Source: Lama glama | Taxonomy: Eukaryota | DNA length: 64,000 bases | Reading direction: 5' to 3' | Assembly: GCA_028534125.1 (NCBI GenBank) | Contig: CM052817.1 | Span: 84,012,001 to 84,076,000 of the forward strand | Shown here: piece by piece, positions 11,846 to 25,081 of the stretch | How the letters are laid out: every line of letters begins with the position of its first letter | Numbering within the stretch: position 1 is the stretch's first letter | Notes under the pieces: model-generated | What the model was told of the DNA's origin: nothing | Database searches by the model: none | What the model saw: the letters and a program-made list of their open reading frames with translations, nothing else | Translations under genes and position numbers: made by a program

Positions 11846-12847
11846 GTGAGACTGAGCAGAGTAAATTCCCCTGCAGAAGGCAGCTGCCCATCCACTGGCA
11901 TTTTCCCCAGCATGATGGTTTGCTTCTGAAAAGGCAGAAAAAAACATCCAGTTTTGCTTTATTTTGAGCCAAAGCAGTATTTAATAACCTATGTTATTTG
12001 TTAATTGTTTCTCACAACACTGCATGGAAGACAATATTTAATTCCATTTGACACAAGAGGAATCAGGGACACAAGGAAGATCTCTTGAGCGGTGCAGTGT
12101 GGTTTGGTGCAAACATGAATTATGGACAAACATTATACAGGTCCTTCAATTTGTCCCCAGCCATCTGGGTATTGCTAAACACATCTGTTCCTTCTCCTGG
12201 AGAGGATGCTCCAGTGCTGCCACACGATTTAAATTATGTCAAGAGAGGGGGTTCCATTTGTCCACTTCCCTGGTGCGCAGGGAAGGCTCCAGGGAGCCTT
12301 GGTTCGCCATGATTGGCATTCATTCAGTGCCTGGGTACTTAACTCTGAATTTTGATTTGGGTAGTTGCCAGGTACGACATTCTGCCAGGGCCTTCCCAGT
12401 CTGTTCTCTGCTGTTTTGCTCCTGAAGATTTACAGCTAATGAAGGGATAAAGAAAGGTCACGGCAAGAGGCGGCAGCATGTGGTGGTGACTCATGGTCTG
12501 GGCCTGGTGAGGAGCCAGTTTGGGTGGAACGCTCTTCTGGCTGCTGCGCTTGTTTTCACGTGGCTCTCTGCCATGGCCCTGCAGGAAGCAGTTGCTCGCC
12601 TGTTGCTGGTCAGAGGGGAGGCCTGGTCATTCTCCCCACCCCTGTTGTTATGGACTTGGCTCAGGCCAATGAAGCCTGTGACCATTTGACAATGAATCCC
12701 ATAGGGTAGGGGCTCAGGTGCTCTCGAGAGAGTGGGATGGGCCAGTCCCAGGAGGAATCAGGTCTCAGAGATCAGCTACAGACACCAGCTTGAGACGCAT
12801 TAACCAGCAGGGGCTGAAGGAAGTCGGGGAATGCTAGTACTGGCAGG

Positions 12848-13079
12848 CAGAGTTTCTGAACCTTGGCACTATTGATATTTTGGACCAGATAATTCTTTCT
12901 TGTGGGGAGGACAACTGTGTGCTGTGTTGTTGGACGATTAGCAGCACTCCTGACTTCTACCCACTAGATGTCAGTAGCGCCCATGTCTCCCCTTTGCCCT
13001 CAATTAATGCAACCAGTAAAGTCTCTAGATATTGCCAGATGTCCCCTGGAGGCAAAATAGCCCCCGACTGAGAACCATG
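12848..13079. mobile_element. MER20 hAT-Charlie MITE
   Basis: Diagnostic 'cttggcactattgatattttggaccagataattcttt', 'tctacccactagatg' and 'attgccagatgtcccctgg'. Confidence 0.9.
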
Positions 13080-13154
13080 TGGTATGGTGAATCCCAGACG
13101 TGTGGCCAGTGTTAAGAAGATCCTTCTTCCATCATGTTTTCCTCATCCTTTTTC

Positions 13155-13345
13155 ATCATCATTGCTAAGATGTACTGAGCACTTACCATGTGACAAGTGC
13201 TCTATTTTGCATTTATTATCTCATTTAATCCACACAACATCCTGGGAGGAGGAAACTCTTATTATTGCCATTTTATGAATAAGAAAACTGACGTTTACGA
13301 GAGTAACTTGCCCAAGGTCCCACAGCTTGTCTCTGGGGCTCAAGC
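13155..13345 (-). mobile_element. MIR SINE
   Basis: 'tactgagcacttaccatgtg...atctcatttaatcc...gtaacttgcccaaggtcccacagct'. Confidence 0.8.
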
Positions 13346-15088
13346 CCAGGTGCAGATGCCTGTTCCTCACCCTGTTGCCATTTGTAATGGAGCCATAATA
13401 CGGGCATCTGTGAGAAACGCTGAGATGCAGAATGAAAGCTGGAGTGCAGCATAAAGGGGCTGCCAGCTGGAGGTGGGGCCTCCACTTCAGGTCTGGGATT
13501 CAGGATTGTAACTATAAACGCTGCCGAGATAATTAAGGGCTTCGATAAACTTGAATACCAGGTAGGGGATTCAGATAGAGAACCAGCTACTGGATTTGAG
13601 ATGCAGGTTGGGGCTTGGTCACAGGTGAACCTCTACCTGTGCCCAGCTGTTGTCTCTTACCCATCCCTGACACCCGATCCCTGAGATATGACACCTGATG
13701 TGAACCCGAATCTGCCTTTTTCATTTCAAAAACTATCCATTGGACTGTGATCTTCCACCCCAACCTCCATTCCTTCCTTAGGGATCAGTCCTTCTGCGTG
13801 AATCCCTGCTTCTTCACTAACCCTCAGCTGCCTTGTGCTGGGTGCACATCTATTGAAATGACTGGACAACGAGAGGTTTCCCGTCACCTCTGGCCCACTA
13901 AAGACCCTGTGACATGGCAGCTGAAGCTGGTGTGATCTCCAGTTTATATAAAATACTTATAGTTTGTGGGAACTCATGATTCTGAGTTGAGTGCCAATAG
14001 TCAGAGCCAACCCTGGGAAGGTTTACTGGGGAACAACTGCACTTTTTAAAGGCAGGGTCATAGTTTCTGGTGCCGTAACTCCATATCCTCGATATCGAGG
14101 ACACCAGGTGCAGGTGAGGAAGATGTTACTTGAAACCCAAGTGAGCCCCTCCAGTGGGCCTTTTAAGGATATTTTCCCATTAATGGGGCAGAAGGCTTTT
14201 GGAGTGCACCATTGTTTTGTAGTCTGCTAGATGCCTAGAATCAAATGGACTTTGTTTTGAAAACGACATTATCAGAAAGCACTCTGTTCAATTACACGGA
14301 CTTCTCCTCTGTCCACACCCAATTAATTAGCACCTAAACTCATGTACAAGGTGAAAACTTTGCAGAGGGAAAATTCCAGCTGATTTGCCGAGGGCTTACC
14401 TGGAGCCACCAATATTCTGGGGGCTTCTGCTGCTCATGTGCCTGGTGGGGACTGATGTCCCGTCGAGCCTCCTCAGTGTGATAGAGTGTATCTTAAACGG
14501 TCACCATGCCGGCTTCGGCATTCCTGCAAGACTATGAAGTCATTTCTGCAATTGCCCTTTGTTCTGAATTCCCTTTGCCCTTCCCTGATGGTCTCACCCT
14601 TTCTAGAGGATGCTGTAGTTGATACTTGCTGGTTCAGTGAGGTGTCATTGGAGGGATCATCATAAAACAGCAAGACTGCTCATTGGGAATTTTTTGCTTT
14701 TGCTCACATTGTTCTTACTTTTAACATGTCTTTTAAATATTAGAAAGATAATACAAGTTTATTGAAGACATATTAGGAAATACAAATAACAAAGAAAGGG
14801 AAAAGAAAAATTACCTTGTAATCTTACAACTAAGATATAATCACTGTTAACATTTTGGTTATATCCTTGTATTTTTTGTTTTGCTTTATACAAAGGGAGT
14901 GGGATAAAAGAAGTTACCAAAAGACATGTGATGTATTCTTAGTAGAATATTCAAAATGATGCTTAAATAAACCTTTTGATTTCTTGGCAAATGGGTCATG
15001 AGTATTTTTGAAGATATACATGGTTTTGGAGATATGAAATGGCATATATCTTTCTCCTTACTGATAAAGGGTATATCTGCAAGAGACA

Positions 15089-15142
15089 ATGTGTGTGCAT
15101 GTGAGTGTGTGTGTGTGAGAGAGTGTGTGTGTGTGTGTGTGT
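15089..15142. repeat. Imperfect (TG)n/(GA)n microsatellite
   Basis: Directly visible. Confidence 0.9.
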
Positions 15143-16039
15143 AAATGGAATGTCTATTGCTCCTGAAAAAGAAATTCTGTTGCTGGATTTGCTGACTCAC
15201 TGCCAAACCCTGCTGCAGGCAGGGAACAGATTCTGAGTTATTCAAGCCAAACATTTGGCCCTCATGGTTTATTGGCCACTGTGACAGACTTCTCCTCACA
15301 CCTCACCTCCTCACGTCCTCCTCGTTGGCATGTGGACATAGCTGGCATTTTGTTCATTTTGCCTCCTCATCGCCTCCTATTTCTTTCAGTTACTCTTTAG
15401 CATTTCTCAAATTTATATCAGTACCACCCCAAATCCCTAATGCACAATGTTAGAAATACCCAGACACTTCCTTCCTGAGGTCACAGCAGGAATTTGCCGT
15501 CTCCTCCCAGGACTTTGTTTGTGCATGTTGTGCCTTTGCAGGGCTCCTAAGCTGGAATGAGGGGAAGGAGACTTACCCTCATTTGTTTGCAGTCACTCAT
15601 GGAGGGGCTCTCTGTTTCCTTTCCTAGCCCAAAGTAAGATCAGGGCATTCAACTGAACTCAAGTTTTGTCACACCTTGAGGCAGACAGGCTTGAGGAATT
15701 GTATGACTTCACAGGATAATTCCTTGCCAAATTGCGTAAAAGATAATCGTGTACAGACTGGCATGACCAATAATACTGTCACTGAGAGGATGTATCCTAG
15801 GATCATAATTTTAAGAAGTTAAAAAAAGAAGTGTTTAGCTCCAGTTGGCAAAGAACTAGACACAGGGAAAGATACTGTAGCATGCCTTAAAGGATCACGA
15901 GGTATGAGGGAGACTGGAATGGCAAGGGCTTCATGTGAAGAACTTGCTTTCCAGCTCCATGGCATTTTCCCCCTCCTGCAGCCAGTTTTTTGATTTGCTG
16001 TTTGATAAGTTTGGAAAGGATCCTAAGCCAAAATGAGGT

Positions 16040-16260
16040 TAACAATAGTTGCGTTCTGAGTTCCAATAATTGCCATTCTAAACACTGATCATATAACCAC
16101 TCATTTATACCTTACAAAACCCGCATAGGAGGATCAGTCACCCCTATTTTACAGATGTGGAAACAGAGACTTTAAGAAACCTACTCAAAGTCACACAGCT
16201 GATCTGCCACAGAACCAGCATTCAGGCTGGGAGTCTGGCTTCAGAGATCACTGCTCTGCC
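16040..16260 (-). mobile_element. MIR SINE
   Basis: 'ctattttacagatgtggaaacagagac...aaagtcacacagct...agtctggcttcagag'. Confidence 0.75.
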
Positions 16261-17808
16261 TCCTCTTGCAATAAATCAGGCGAGTCAGAGCCTTGCTGTG
16301 TTATCTGAGGCACATCAGTCACCTCTCTGGGCCTCAGTTTCTTCATTTAGTTAAAAAATTTTACGATCATATAGATACATTTCTGCCACTCCTCTCCCGA
16401 CCCCTTCAATTCTTGGTTGCAGCTAGAGAGAGAAATACAATTTGCTTCAAAGGAAATCCAGACTTGGTTTTGCATCTAGCTCTTCTTTTGGTCTTGATTT
16501 CACTTCTATAGGAGAGAATTGCTATTCTACAGGAAAGTCTCTGTTATAAGCAGAGATTATTCCCTTGGGGCAGCTAATCTCATTTGGCCAATCCTACTTA
16601 TTATAAAGAGGAGTTCATTATAACTTTCACAAGAAAAGATTTGAGAGAGAGTAATCCAGAGAAATGGAGATATTCTTCAAGTAGGAATTGTACCATTCCA
16701 TGTTCTCAAGAAAAAATTTTAATCCACAGACCAGGGACATGTTTAAAGGGAGAGACGGTATGGTTCTGAGGATGAAGCACTAAATTGGCTGAGGGAAATG
16801 CCTTTTTCCTGCTGATTTGCCACATGTTCCCTGAGAGTCATTTGGCCATTTTAGGCTTCTGTTTCTTTGGCAAAGTTGCTATTGTAAGGCGTGAAGAATC
16901 ACCTGTAAAACCCTCTGCAAACATTGACTTCTGATCATCTCATTCAGCCTCAAGAAGTGAGATTCCTCAGCATCTTATCTGTCTGTAAGGAGGCCAGGGG
17001 TCCTGCAGCCCTGACCTCTACTTGCTGAGTAGCACTTTTTCACCTATGTGGTAATCTGAGCCAATTCCTGCAGTGTGGGGATCTGGGTGTGCAGAGAGCC
17101 TGCTCCAGGTAGGAAGGCTGCTGTTGAGTGGAGCAACACACTTCCCCCAGTTCTTGTCCTGTTTGGGCTCAACTGAGATTGTGTTCTTTGTGACAATGGT
17201 GACAGCAAACATGGCGAATGGGAAAAAGGTGTTGACTTTGTGCTGACTCATCATAATCAAATAGCTGACTTGTGAGATACTATGTGAGGGACTCTACGTG
17301 TATTTGTAAACCTAGTTCTGTTTCAGCTGTTACAATAAATTTGAGACCAACTTTCTAATTCTTTATTTCCTCAAACAAAATCTGTCCCTCTTCCCCTTTT
17401 CCCATGGATAGGTAAACATTGCATACAGTCATGGTCTAGTTTTTAGAAAAAAAATATTTTAGCCTAAATTTCTTCTCCCATTCTTTTACAGTGTCTTTGT
17501 TTTCTGGCTTTTGTTCCATGTACTCCACAACTCACTCTTATCTCTGCTTCTGACCTTTATGAGAATGTCTCAAGACTCAAACTCTGCTAGGTGAGATCAT
17601 TATTTCATAAATGTCTAGGCAATGTGCCTAGGAGGAGAGCAAATCTTTGCCCTGACATTGGAGAAGCTGAGCACAAGCTGAGGTGGAGGGGCAGGAGATT
17701 ATGCCAGGAGGGAAGACTGGAGTCAGATTGAAATAAGTCCCCTATGTCATGTTGAAGAGGTTAGATTTTAAGCTGTAAACAACAGGAAGCTCACAGAAAT
17801 TTTAAACA

Positions 17809-17811
<3 letters not shown>

Positions 17812-17842
<31 letters not shown>
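17812..17842. repeat. (CA)n microsatellite
   Basis: About 15 perfect CA units. Confidence 0.95.
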
Positions 17843-17845
<3 letters not shown>

Positions 17846-20334
17846 TTCAAGATTCTTGTTTAATTAAGTTTACTCTATTATTCAATGCAAACATTTGATA
17901 AGCATCAGTTTTCTGTTAGGCTCTGCAGTAGGTGCTTAGAGTACAAAGATGGGTAAAACATGGTTCTTCCTTTCAGTGAGGAGTCAGAACTACATCATGA
18001 CATATAACAATACTGGAGGAGTTTAGATTAAATGCTTAGTCTTCATGCTAATAGAAGTTTTTAGACAGGAGAAGGAGAATTTTAAAAATTTAAATAAAAA
18101 TAGCTCTGATATTGGTGTGTAGAGCATAGAAACTGGCGAAGTGTTAACTGTAAATTTCCATTCAGTGTTGGTTGTCTTCATTGTTATGATGTCTTCCGCC
18201 AATTTTGGTCCTTTTGACATGTGAAACTTGGTATTCCACACTTTGGGAAATCCTACCCAGTGGATTTCTTTCTAGGATTTAGTAGCTAACACCCACTTGG
18301 ACAGAAAAAACAATATGATGACACCAAGAGAAGTCAATTGGTGCAGGCCAGATTTGCTTTACCTACCACGAGTTCTTGCCTGTTTCCAAATGTTCTGGGT
18401 AGACGTAGATTATTTGGAGATTGTCCAGCTAAGTCTTCTTATGAATAAAAAATGTTGCTATAATTGAAATCTTTTAGGCCCAAGTTACACTTTTCCAATA
18501 ATTCACTTGTGATTTATGCTTGGAGACATATATAATATCAAATTACCTAAGTGGGGAGGAGGAGAGAGGGAAAGAAAACTAAGCTCTGTTGTAAGGATCA
18601 GTTGTCAGAATATTGCTGACTTCATAAACCACTCGGGCTTTTTTTCCCAGGCAACAGTTGATGTATTTATAGCCTTGTAATTTGGTTACCTATCACTTAG
18701 CTTATATGTGAGTCACCCATGAAATATATGCACAGAGACCAGATGTACTAATTACAAAGGTAGAGTGCAGGTGGGAGGGCCCTGTTAAGACCTCTGTTTA
18801 GCAACAGTGGCAAATTGTGGGGAAAGGATCGTTTATCATTAAATGACATTAAGAATCAATGGCAGAGCTTTTAAGTCTGGCTTTAGAGAGCTAGTCAGCT
18901 TTGCTTTTGTCAAGCTGGGCTTCCTATCCAGTTTGCCGTGGGACCCTTGTTTCATGGAGTGGTGGTTTCATGGAGAGGATAACAGTGGGAAGGCTGGTTA
19001 AGGGAGGCTGCAGGAGAGGGAATAAATAGCTATTTGAGCAGAGTCATTTGTGGTAACTCAATTTTGCTTCAGAAGTGACATTGTGGCATAGCTATCAGAA
19101 ATTACTTTTTATTTATTTATTTTTAAGCCTCCACATTATTCTTTTCCTGGAACAATTTTCCATTCCAGACTCTACCTGGTGAAATCTTATCCATCTCTCA
19201 AAATCCATTTCAAAAGTGACTTCCTCCCTGGAAACTCAGGTCTTACATTTTCTTTCAAGCATCTACTAGCATATTAAATTCAAACTGAAGGTATTATATT
19301 TAGGAGTAAGAAAAACTTTGAGTTAAAAGTGAACACATTGTCTGGTATCAAACAAAGGTATATTTAGAGTTATTTCATCAATGATTTCTAAAGCTTTCTT
19401 GTGTGACTTGTAAAATTGTGGTTTCCACCTAGCATTAAGAGGAATGAATTAGCTACATTCAGAACAGATGGCAGACTTTCTTCTCTCTGTGCTTGTCCTT
19501 ACACAGAAAAAAAAAAAAAAGAACCAGATGTTGGGGGATTTTCTTAAGAAAAGTTATGTATTCAAGAGCCAGCTAGACCTGGACAATTAATTCACTCTGC
19601 TCTGAATTTGGATGTAGTGTTTTATCTCTCGACTTAACTGTCTGAGTGGTCCATTTCAGCTGTAGAGACCTACCTTCAAAATGTTTTGGCAGCAAAGGAA
19701 CTCAAAGCCAGATTAATTATTAAACTACAGTGAGCCATAGTACTTCAAATCAGGCTCAATACAAAATAATGTTTTCACGCTGTTTTAAAGACTCACTCCC
19801 AGCCTCCTTTTGAAGGTTGAGTGACTGCTAAATACAACCAACAGAAACAGAGGGAAAATTCTTCCTCGGTGTTTAGTTACTCTTCCGTGGAGCTGGAGTC
19901 ATATCTGGGCGCAGGAAGAGTGAAGTCCCTGGTTTTGGTAACAGTGACTCAGACTGCTGGTGATTACTGGGAGAGATCTGGAATTATGGCCAATGCCCAA
20001 CTTCAGAGCTTTTGGATTGGAAAGATTAAGTCACATCCACTCAAACAAGTCATCCATTGTACCATCCTCCACCTGAATTCCTTCACTGTACACACAAAGA
20101 CTTCATTCAAACCTTAATGGCTGAAACCTGAGATGTCATTCATTTATTCATTCATTCAAGAGAGAGTTGTTGAATGCATATTATATTCTGGGTACTGTGT
20201 AAGGTGGAAAGAAATAAATAGAATCTTTCCCTACCAGCCTCCTATCCTATCCAGGCTAGTGTGGAATGAGTTGTTCTTAGTGAGTTTATAGGAGGTCCTA
20301 GAGGTTAGCAGCTTTTTCTAAACTGCTCATGTAT

Positions 20335-20900
20335 CATTTTAAAAATAATTTTTTAAAAAATGTAAGTAATCCATGAACATGGTTTAAATTTTAAAAAATT
20401 AGATAGTGTGGAAGAGTTAATATTGAGAAGTATCCTTACTCCATCCCAATCCTCACTTCTCACAAGTCCCCTCCTTTACCCATTTCTACTTTTAGTTCTT
20501 TCGGTGTTACTCCCTTATCTCTAAAAACACACTTCCTATCAATTCTTGATTCATCTGCTGTAGACATCCTGCTATGGTAGATGAGAATTTAGTTCATTCA
20601 TCACCCGCATCTTTCTTCCTTTCTGTAATATAATTATATCACTATTTTTAGTTCTTCTAAAGGTTGCTTTTGTAACTCAAAATAATGTACTTAAGCCTTT
20701 TTCTTGACCAATCCGCTATTGACTTAATCTCTTGACCATTCACTTTTTAATATGAGGATATTGATATCCCCACCCTTCCTGCCTTTTTTTTTTTAATACA
20801 TCCTTTACCTTCTAGCTCCTCTCAGTGGTAATTTTGCTTTCACAGTGTCAAGGTTGATAATATTTGCACTCTGTTCTGTAACAGAATTATCCTCAAAAGT
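20335..20900 (-). mobile_element. Ancient L1ME/HAL1-like 3' fragment
   Basis: T-rich, with 'aagtaatccatgaacatggtttaaa' terminus typical of old L1 3' ends; highly diverged. Confidence 0.5.
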
Positions 20901-21687
20901 CATTTAAAGTGATCCATTTAGGATTTTCTGAGGATTTATGCCAAGCTCAGTTGATCATCATTTCTGGAAAAGGCCCCTCTTTGAAAATTGGGGCTGTATT
21001 CTGGCCTCCCTCCTGTAGACTGTGGTTCCTGAGAGGTTCTGAGCTCAAACCTAGAAGTCCTTTTACTAATTTTTATTACAGTATGTCTAGCTTAGAGTTT
21101 TGAGTTAAAGTTAACTCTGTGATCTTTCAGTATCTTCTCATCCAGTCTTCCTGTTTTCCCCTTTTTGTTTTTGTCCGGCTTTCCACACTTGAAACCATCC
21201 CTGATGGAGGAGCATGCAGCTGCCTTCTGTTACCATCTCCTACCGTCTGTTGACACTGTGTCACATCCTTGGGGCTAGGCCTTCCTTTCCTTATTCTTCC
21301 TGTCTAAACAGAACTGTAGACATCCCTCATCCCACACTGCAGTTCTTTCCTGGTGAAGTGGAAGGCTCAGGCCAGTTGTGTTGGGTTATCTTACTGGATT
21401 CACATCATGATGACTATAACACTATTCAAAAAATACTTTTTGATGTACAAAGTACTTTTCCTAAATTATCTCATTTAAACCTCGTAACAACTTGAATTCA
21501 GGGAAGTCAAATAGCTTGATTGAAGTCACAGCTAATATGTGATAAAGCCAATCCAGCCCCTCAAATCTGGGACCTTTTCCCTTCCACCTGTACCACATGC
21601 TGCAGGTTCAAGTGCTCACCCTTGGAAAATTTCATAAGTAACCTAAATCCTTCTTGCTATAGTATAAACTGATTTCTTCTCCCCATC

Positions 21688-22030
21688 CCCAGCTTTATTA
21701 AGACATAATTGACATATAATATTGCATAAGTTTAAGGTGTATATAACATGTTGATTTGATACACTTATGTATTACAAAATGATTACTACCATAGCATTAG
21801 CGAACACCTCTACCCCATCACCTAATTACCATTTCTTTCATGTACGTAGTCATAATATGAAGATCTATTGTCTTAGCAACTTTCAGGTATATAGTACAAT
21901 ATTATTAGCTATAATCACCATGCTGTACATTAGATTCCTAGCACTTGTTACTCTTATAACAGGAAATTTATACCCTTTGACCATTATTTTCCCCACTACC
22001 CACCTCTATTCTCTGTTCTTTCTGATGAAT
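21688..22030 (-). mobile_element. L1MA9/10-like 3' end
   Basis: 'cagctttattaagacataattgaca...tcttagcaactttcaggtatata...caccatgctgtacattagattcc'. Confidence 0.85.
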
Positions 22031-22228
22031 CAGTTTCTTTTTTGTTCTACCTTCAGTGAATGTAAAAATGGATATTCAATCACCCCTAAATTAAAAGATT
22101 ATTCCATGATACATGATTATGTATTGCATGGCAGCCACATGCAGTATTAAGGTCATAGGGTCGCAGGGTCTGAGGAGAAACATTGAAAGAGATTGACAAG
22201 TTGCAGAGAGGCTTAAACTACATGATTA

Positions 22229-22691
22229 TGTTACTGAACCAACCTTGGTAAAGCCAATCTACTAACACCAGGTTGTGGTGAAGGAAAGTGCAGGGCTTAT
22301 TACAAGGTACCAAACAAGGGGTTCAGGATAGTCAGTGCTCAAAAAAAAAACGTGAACTCCCTGATGGGTTTCAGCAAAGCATGTTTAATGGCCAGGTGAA
22401 GGGGGTGGTCACAGGGTATGTGATCAGCATGTGTACAATTATCTGATTGGTTGATGGTGAGGTAACAGGGCAGTGTCATGAGGCTGACGTTATCAGTCCT
22501 TAGGCTCCAGTAGGCCTGGGGGCTATGTTATCATGGTCACATAGTTAATGTCTTGGTGGGGATTTTAGCATCTGTAAAGCAACTCAGGAATGTGCATCAT
22601 ATACTGTAATCTAGATACTTCAGAGAGGAACTAAAAACAGGGGATATGGGGTAGGGGTCTGTCCCAGGAAGGCTCCACAGGGTCAATTTCA
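22229..22691 (-). mobile_element. ERV1-type solo LTR (MER41/LTR39-like group)
   Basis: TG...CA bounded ~460 bp with 'tgttactgaacc...aaagccaatctactaacaccaggttgtggtgaaggaaagtgcag' and 'ctgattggttgatggtgaggtaacaggg' (CCAAT on minus strand). Confidence 0.75.
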
Positions 22692-22713
22692 TATCTCATT
22701 TTAAAGCAAAGTC

Positions 22714-22773
22714 TGTGTGTGTGTGTGTGTGTGTGTGCGTGTGTCTGTCTGTCTGTCTGTCTGTGTGTCTGTG
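22714..22773. repeat. (TG)n/(TCTG)n compound microsatellite
   Basis: Directly visible. Confidence 0.9.
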
Positions 22774-24150
22774 TTTGGATGACATGATAGCCCCTTGATT
22801 GTTCCTTCTTCCACTTCTATCCAACATGATGAAACATTTTCAACCTCTAAAGTATAAAAGTACAAAGAAGGATGTAAAATTGCAAATCTAGGTGTTCACA
22901 GGTATCATAAACTCCTGGAGGAAATATCAAAATATTTTCTATTTCTGTTCTGCTCATGTATCACCCACATGGCACCTTCTCTCAACCCTGTCTTCAGCAA
23001 TGTGTTCTTTCTTGGCATGAGAAATGAGGACTAGGTCTGTGACTCTAAAATGGACAGGAACTCTTGTCTGTACTTAGATGAAGTATTGGAGCCATGGCCA
23101 GGACTTAAGCTAAGTGGTTACGGGAGAAATGGCTGGCAGGTGGAAAGAAGCTAAGGCAAGTCCTAGAACATGTAGGCTTGGGGAGCAGAGAGCCCCCAAG
23201 TTTCAAAAACTGAATGAAATAAATCAGTCCCTTTTATCAGGAGTCAGCCTAAATTTATGCCTCTAATGCCACCCCTAAAGAAAACCGTTTTTGTTCTTGG
23301 AGTCTTGAGTTGATTTGTTTAAACAGTAAGAGAGATGGCTCTTTTATGCAAACTTCCTTGACACCTTATATGTTGTGCCTCCAAATGGGTTTGCTCCTCT
23401 TTGAGGAGTTCAGGGTTTCATTTCACCTTAATTTAGAGCAAGTAGATTACCTGGTATCATTGTGCTTCTCTTCATTGTAGTTTTCCTCATAAGGGATTTT
23501 GCATCCCTGGGCTGGAAGGGGATTGGGAAGAGCCTTGAGGATTGTCTTTGACAAGCTTCAGTCTTCTCCACAGAGGAAAATATGATCTGCCTTGGTGCTC
23601 ATTTTTTTGACATCTGAATCAACATTTTTAGGTCATAACTGACTTCGTGGGTTACAGAAACAAGATTTGACTTGTTTCATTCAAAATTAGAATGTTTCAG
23701 ATCATGTCTGATGAAGAAAACATTCAAAATACGCACACCCATGTAGAAATTGCTTCAGTCCAAGTGTTAATTGATGGATTCATTCATTCCACTTGACCAG
23801 TATTTGTTGAATGCCTAATAGTAGGCACTGAGTCCTCTAAACAGGAGTTTTTAAAAAATGGCCAATCTGGTATGTTTGCAAAGTGTAGGTTTGCTCATTT
23901 AGGTGGACCACTTCACAGCATGTGATTATTTTGATCTATCGCTATGTGTCCTACATCCCAAAAGAGACTGAAATGGATTGGCCTGTGTTTCCCACACTGG
24001 CAGTTTGGAAGTACTACAGATACTGTTCATTGTTAAGTCTGAAGTATCAAAGAGAAATTTTTCTATTTAGAATTTAATCAACCAATCTTTATTTCTTCTG
24101 GAAGAGCTAAATATATTTTATACTGTACACTTCTAGAGTCCCCCCTTTCT

Positions 24151-24181
24151 TTTTTTTTTCTTTTTTTTAATTTCTTTTTTT
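24151..24181 (-). mobile_element. Solitary poly(A) retro-insertion
   Basis: 31-bp T-rich tract between perfect 20-bp direct repeats ttctagagtcccccctttct (24131-24150, 24182-24201). Confidence 0.75.
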
Positions 24182-24377
24182 TTCTAGAGTCCCCCCTTTC
24201 TGAAAACAAAACAATACAAAATCCTGCTCTTTATTAATTAGCATGATAATCTTTCCAAAGGTGACTAGGACATTGTTTTAGGTTAGTTCCTATTTAATGT
24301 AGTTTCCATTCAGTAGTGTTTATTTTGTGATGTGACTTCTGCCCTTTTCTCAATAGAAGCCCAAATGAGAATTCAAA

Positions 24378-24406
24378 GTGTGTGCGTGTGTGTGTGCGCG
24401 CGCGTG

Positions 24407-24447
<41 letters not shown>
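24378..24447. repeat. (TG)n/(CG)n alternating purine-pyrimidine tract
   Basis: 70 bp of uninterrupted RY alternation including gcgcgcgcg. Confidence 0.95.
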
Positions 24448-24448
<1 letters not shown>

Positions 24449-25081
24449 GGTGATGGTGGGGGATGGGGGCACCCATTACTTTGCAATGCATCTGTATAAC
24501 TCCTTATTCTTATTCATTATTATTCACTTGATTCCTCTTACAATATGAATAGAAGGAGAAAAACATTTATAGATCACTTGAAACATTTTACTAGAAGAAA
24601 GGGAACAAATTAGCCCACTTGAATCACAAGCTTTGCAGAGTAGAATGAGCAGAAGTTATATTTAATCTTTCATCAAAGACTTTATTTGAAATTACTAATA
24701 TACAGTTCCACTCAGAACAGTGCTAAATGAGTTATTAGAACATTTAAACAAGATCATCGTTTTTATTAGCACCATTATTCCTTACTCCTTTTGTTAGAAA
24801 AACACCCTGCAGTGTGTGCAGATCTGTTTAATTGCAATGCTTTTACATTTTCCCTCAGATGTAGTTGACTTATTTTATAAATATTTCAAGTGCATAATTG
24901 CTATTTTGCTTTAACGAAAATCACAAATGTATTTAGATAATCTAAGGGGTTAGAATCCATTTGCTCCTGTGTCAGGTTTATAGGAGAGGTAAGTATGACT
25001 GGTTGACTTTATGGACTATGATCCTAGGGAAGAGCTTTTACCACCACAACCCCCTTTTGTACATTTTTAGAATGAACAGGT

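Noticed and set aside
14506..14622. 38-aa ORF with Kozak-like gtcaccATG (MPASAFLQDYEV...)
   Set aside because: Short, unrecognised, with no promoter/CpG island or splice support.
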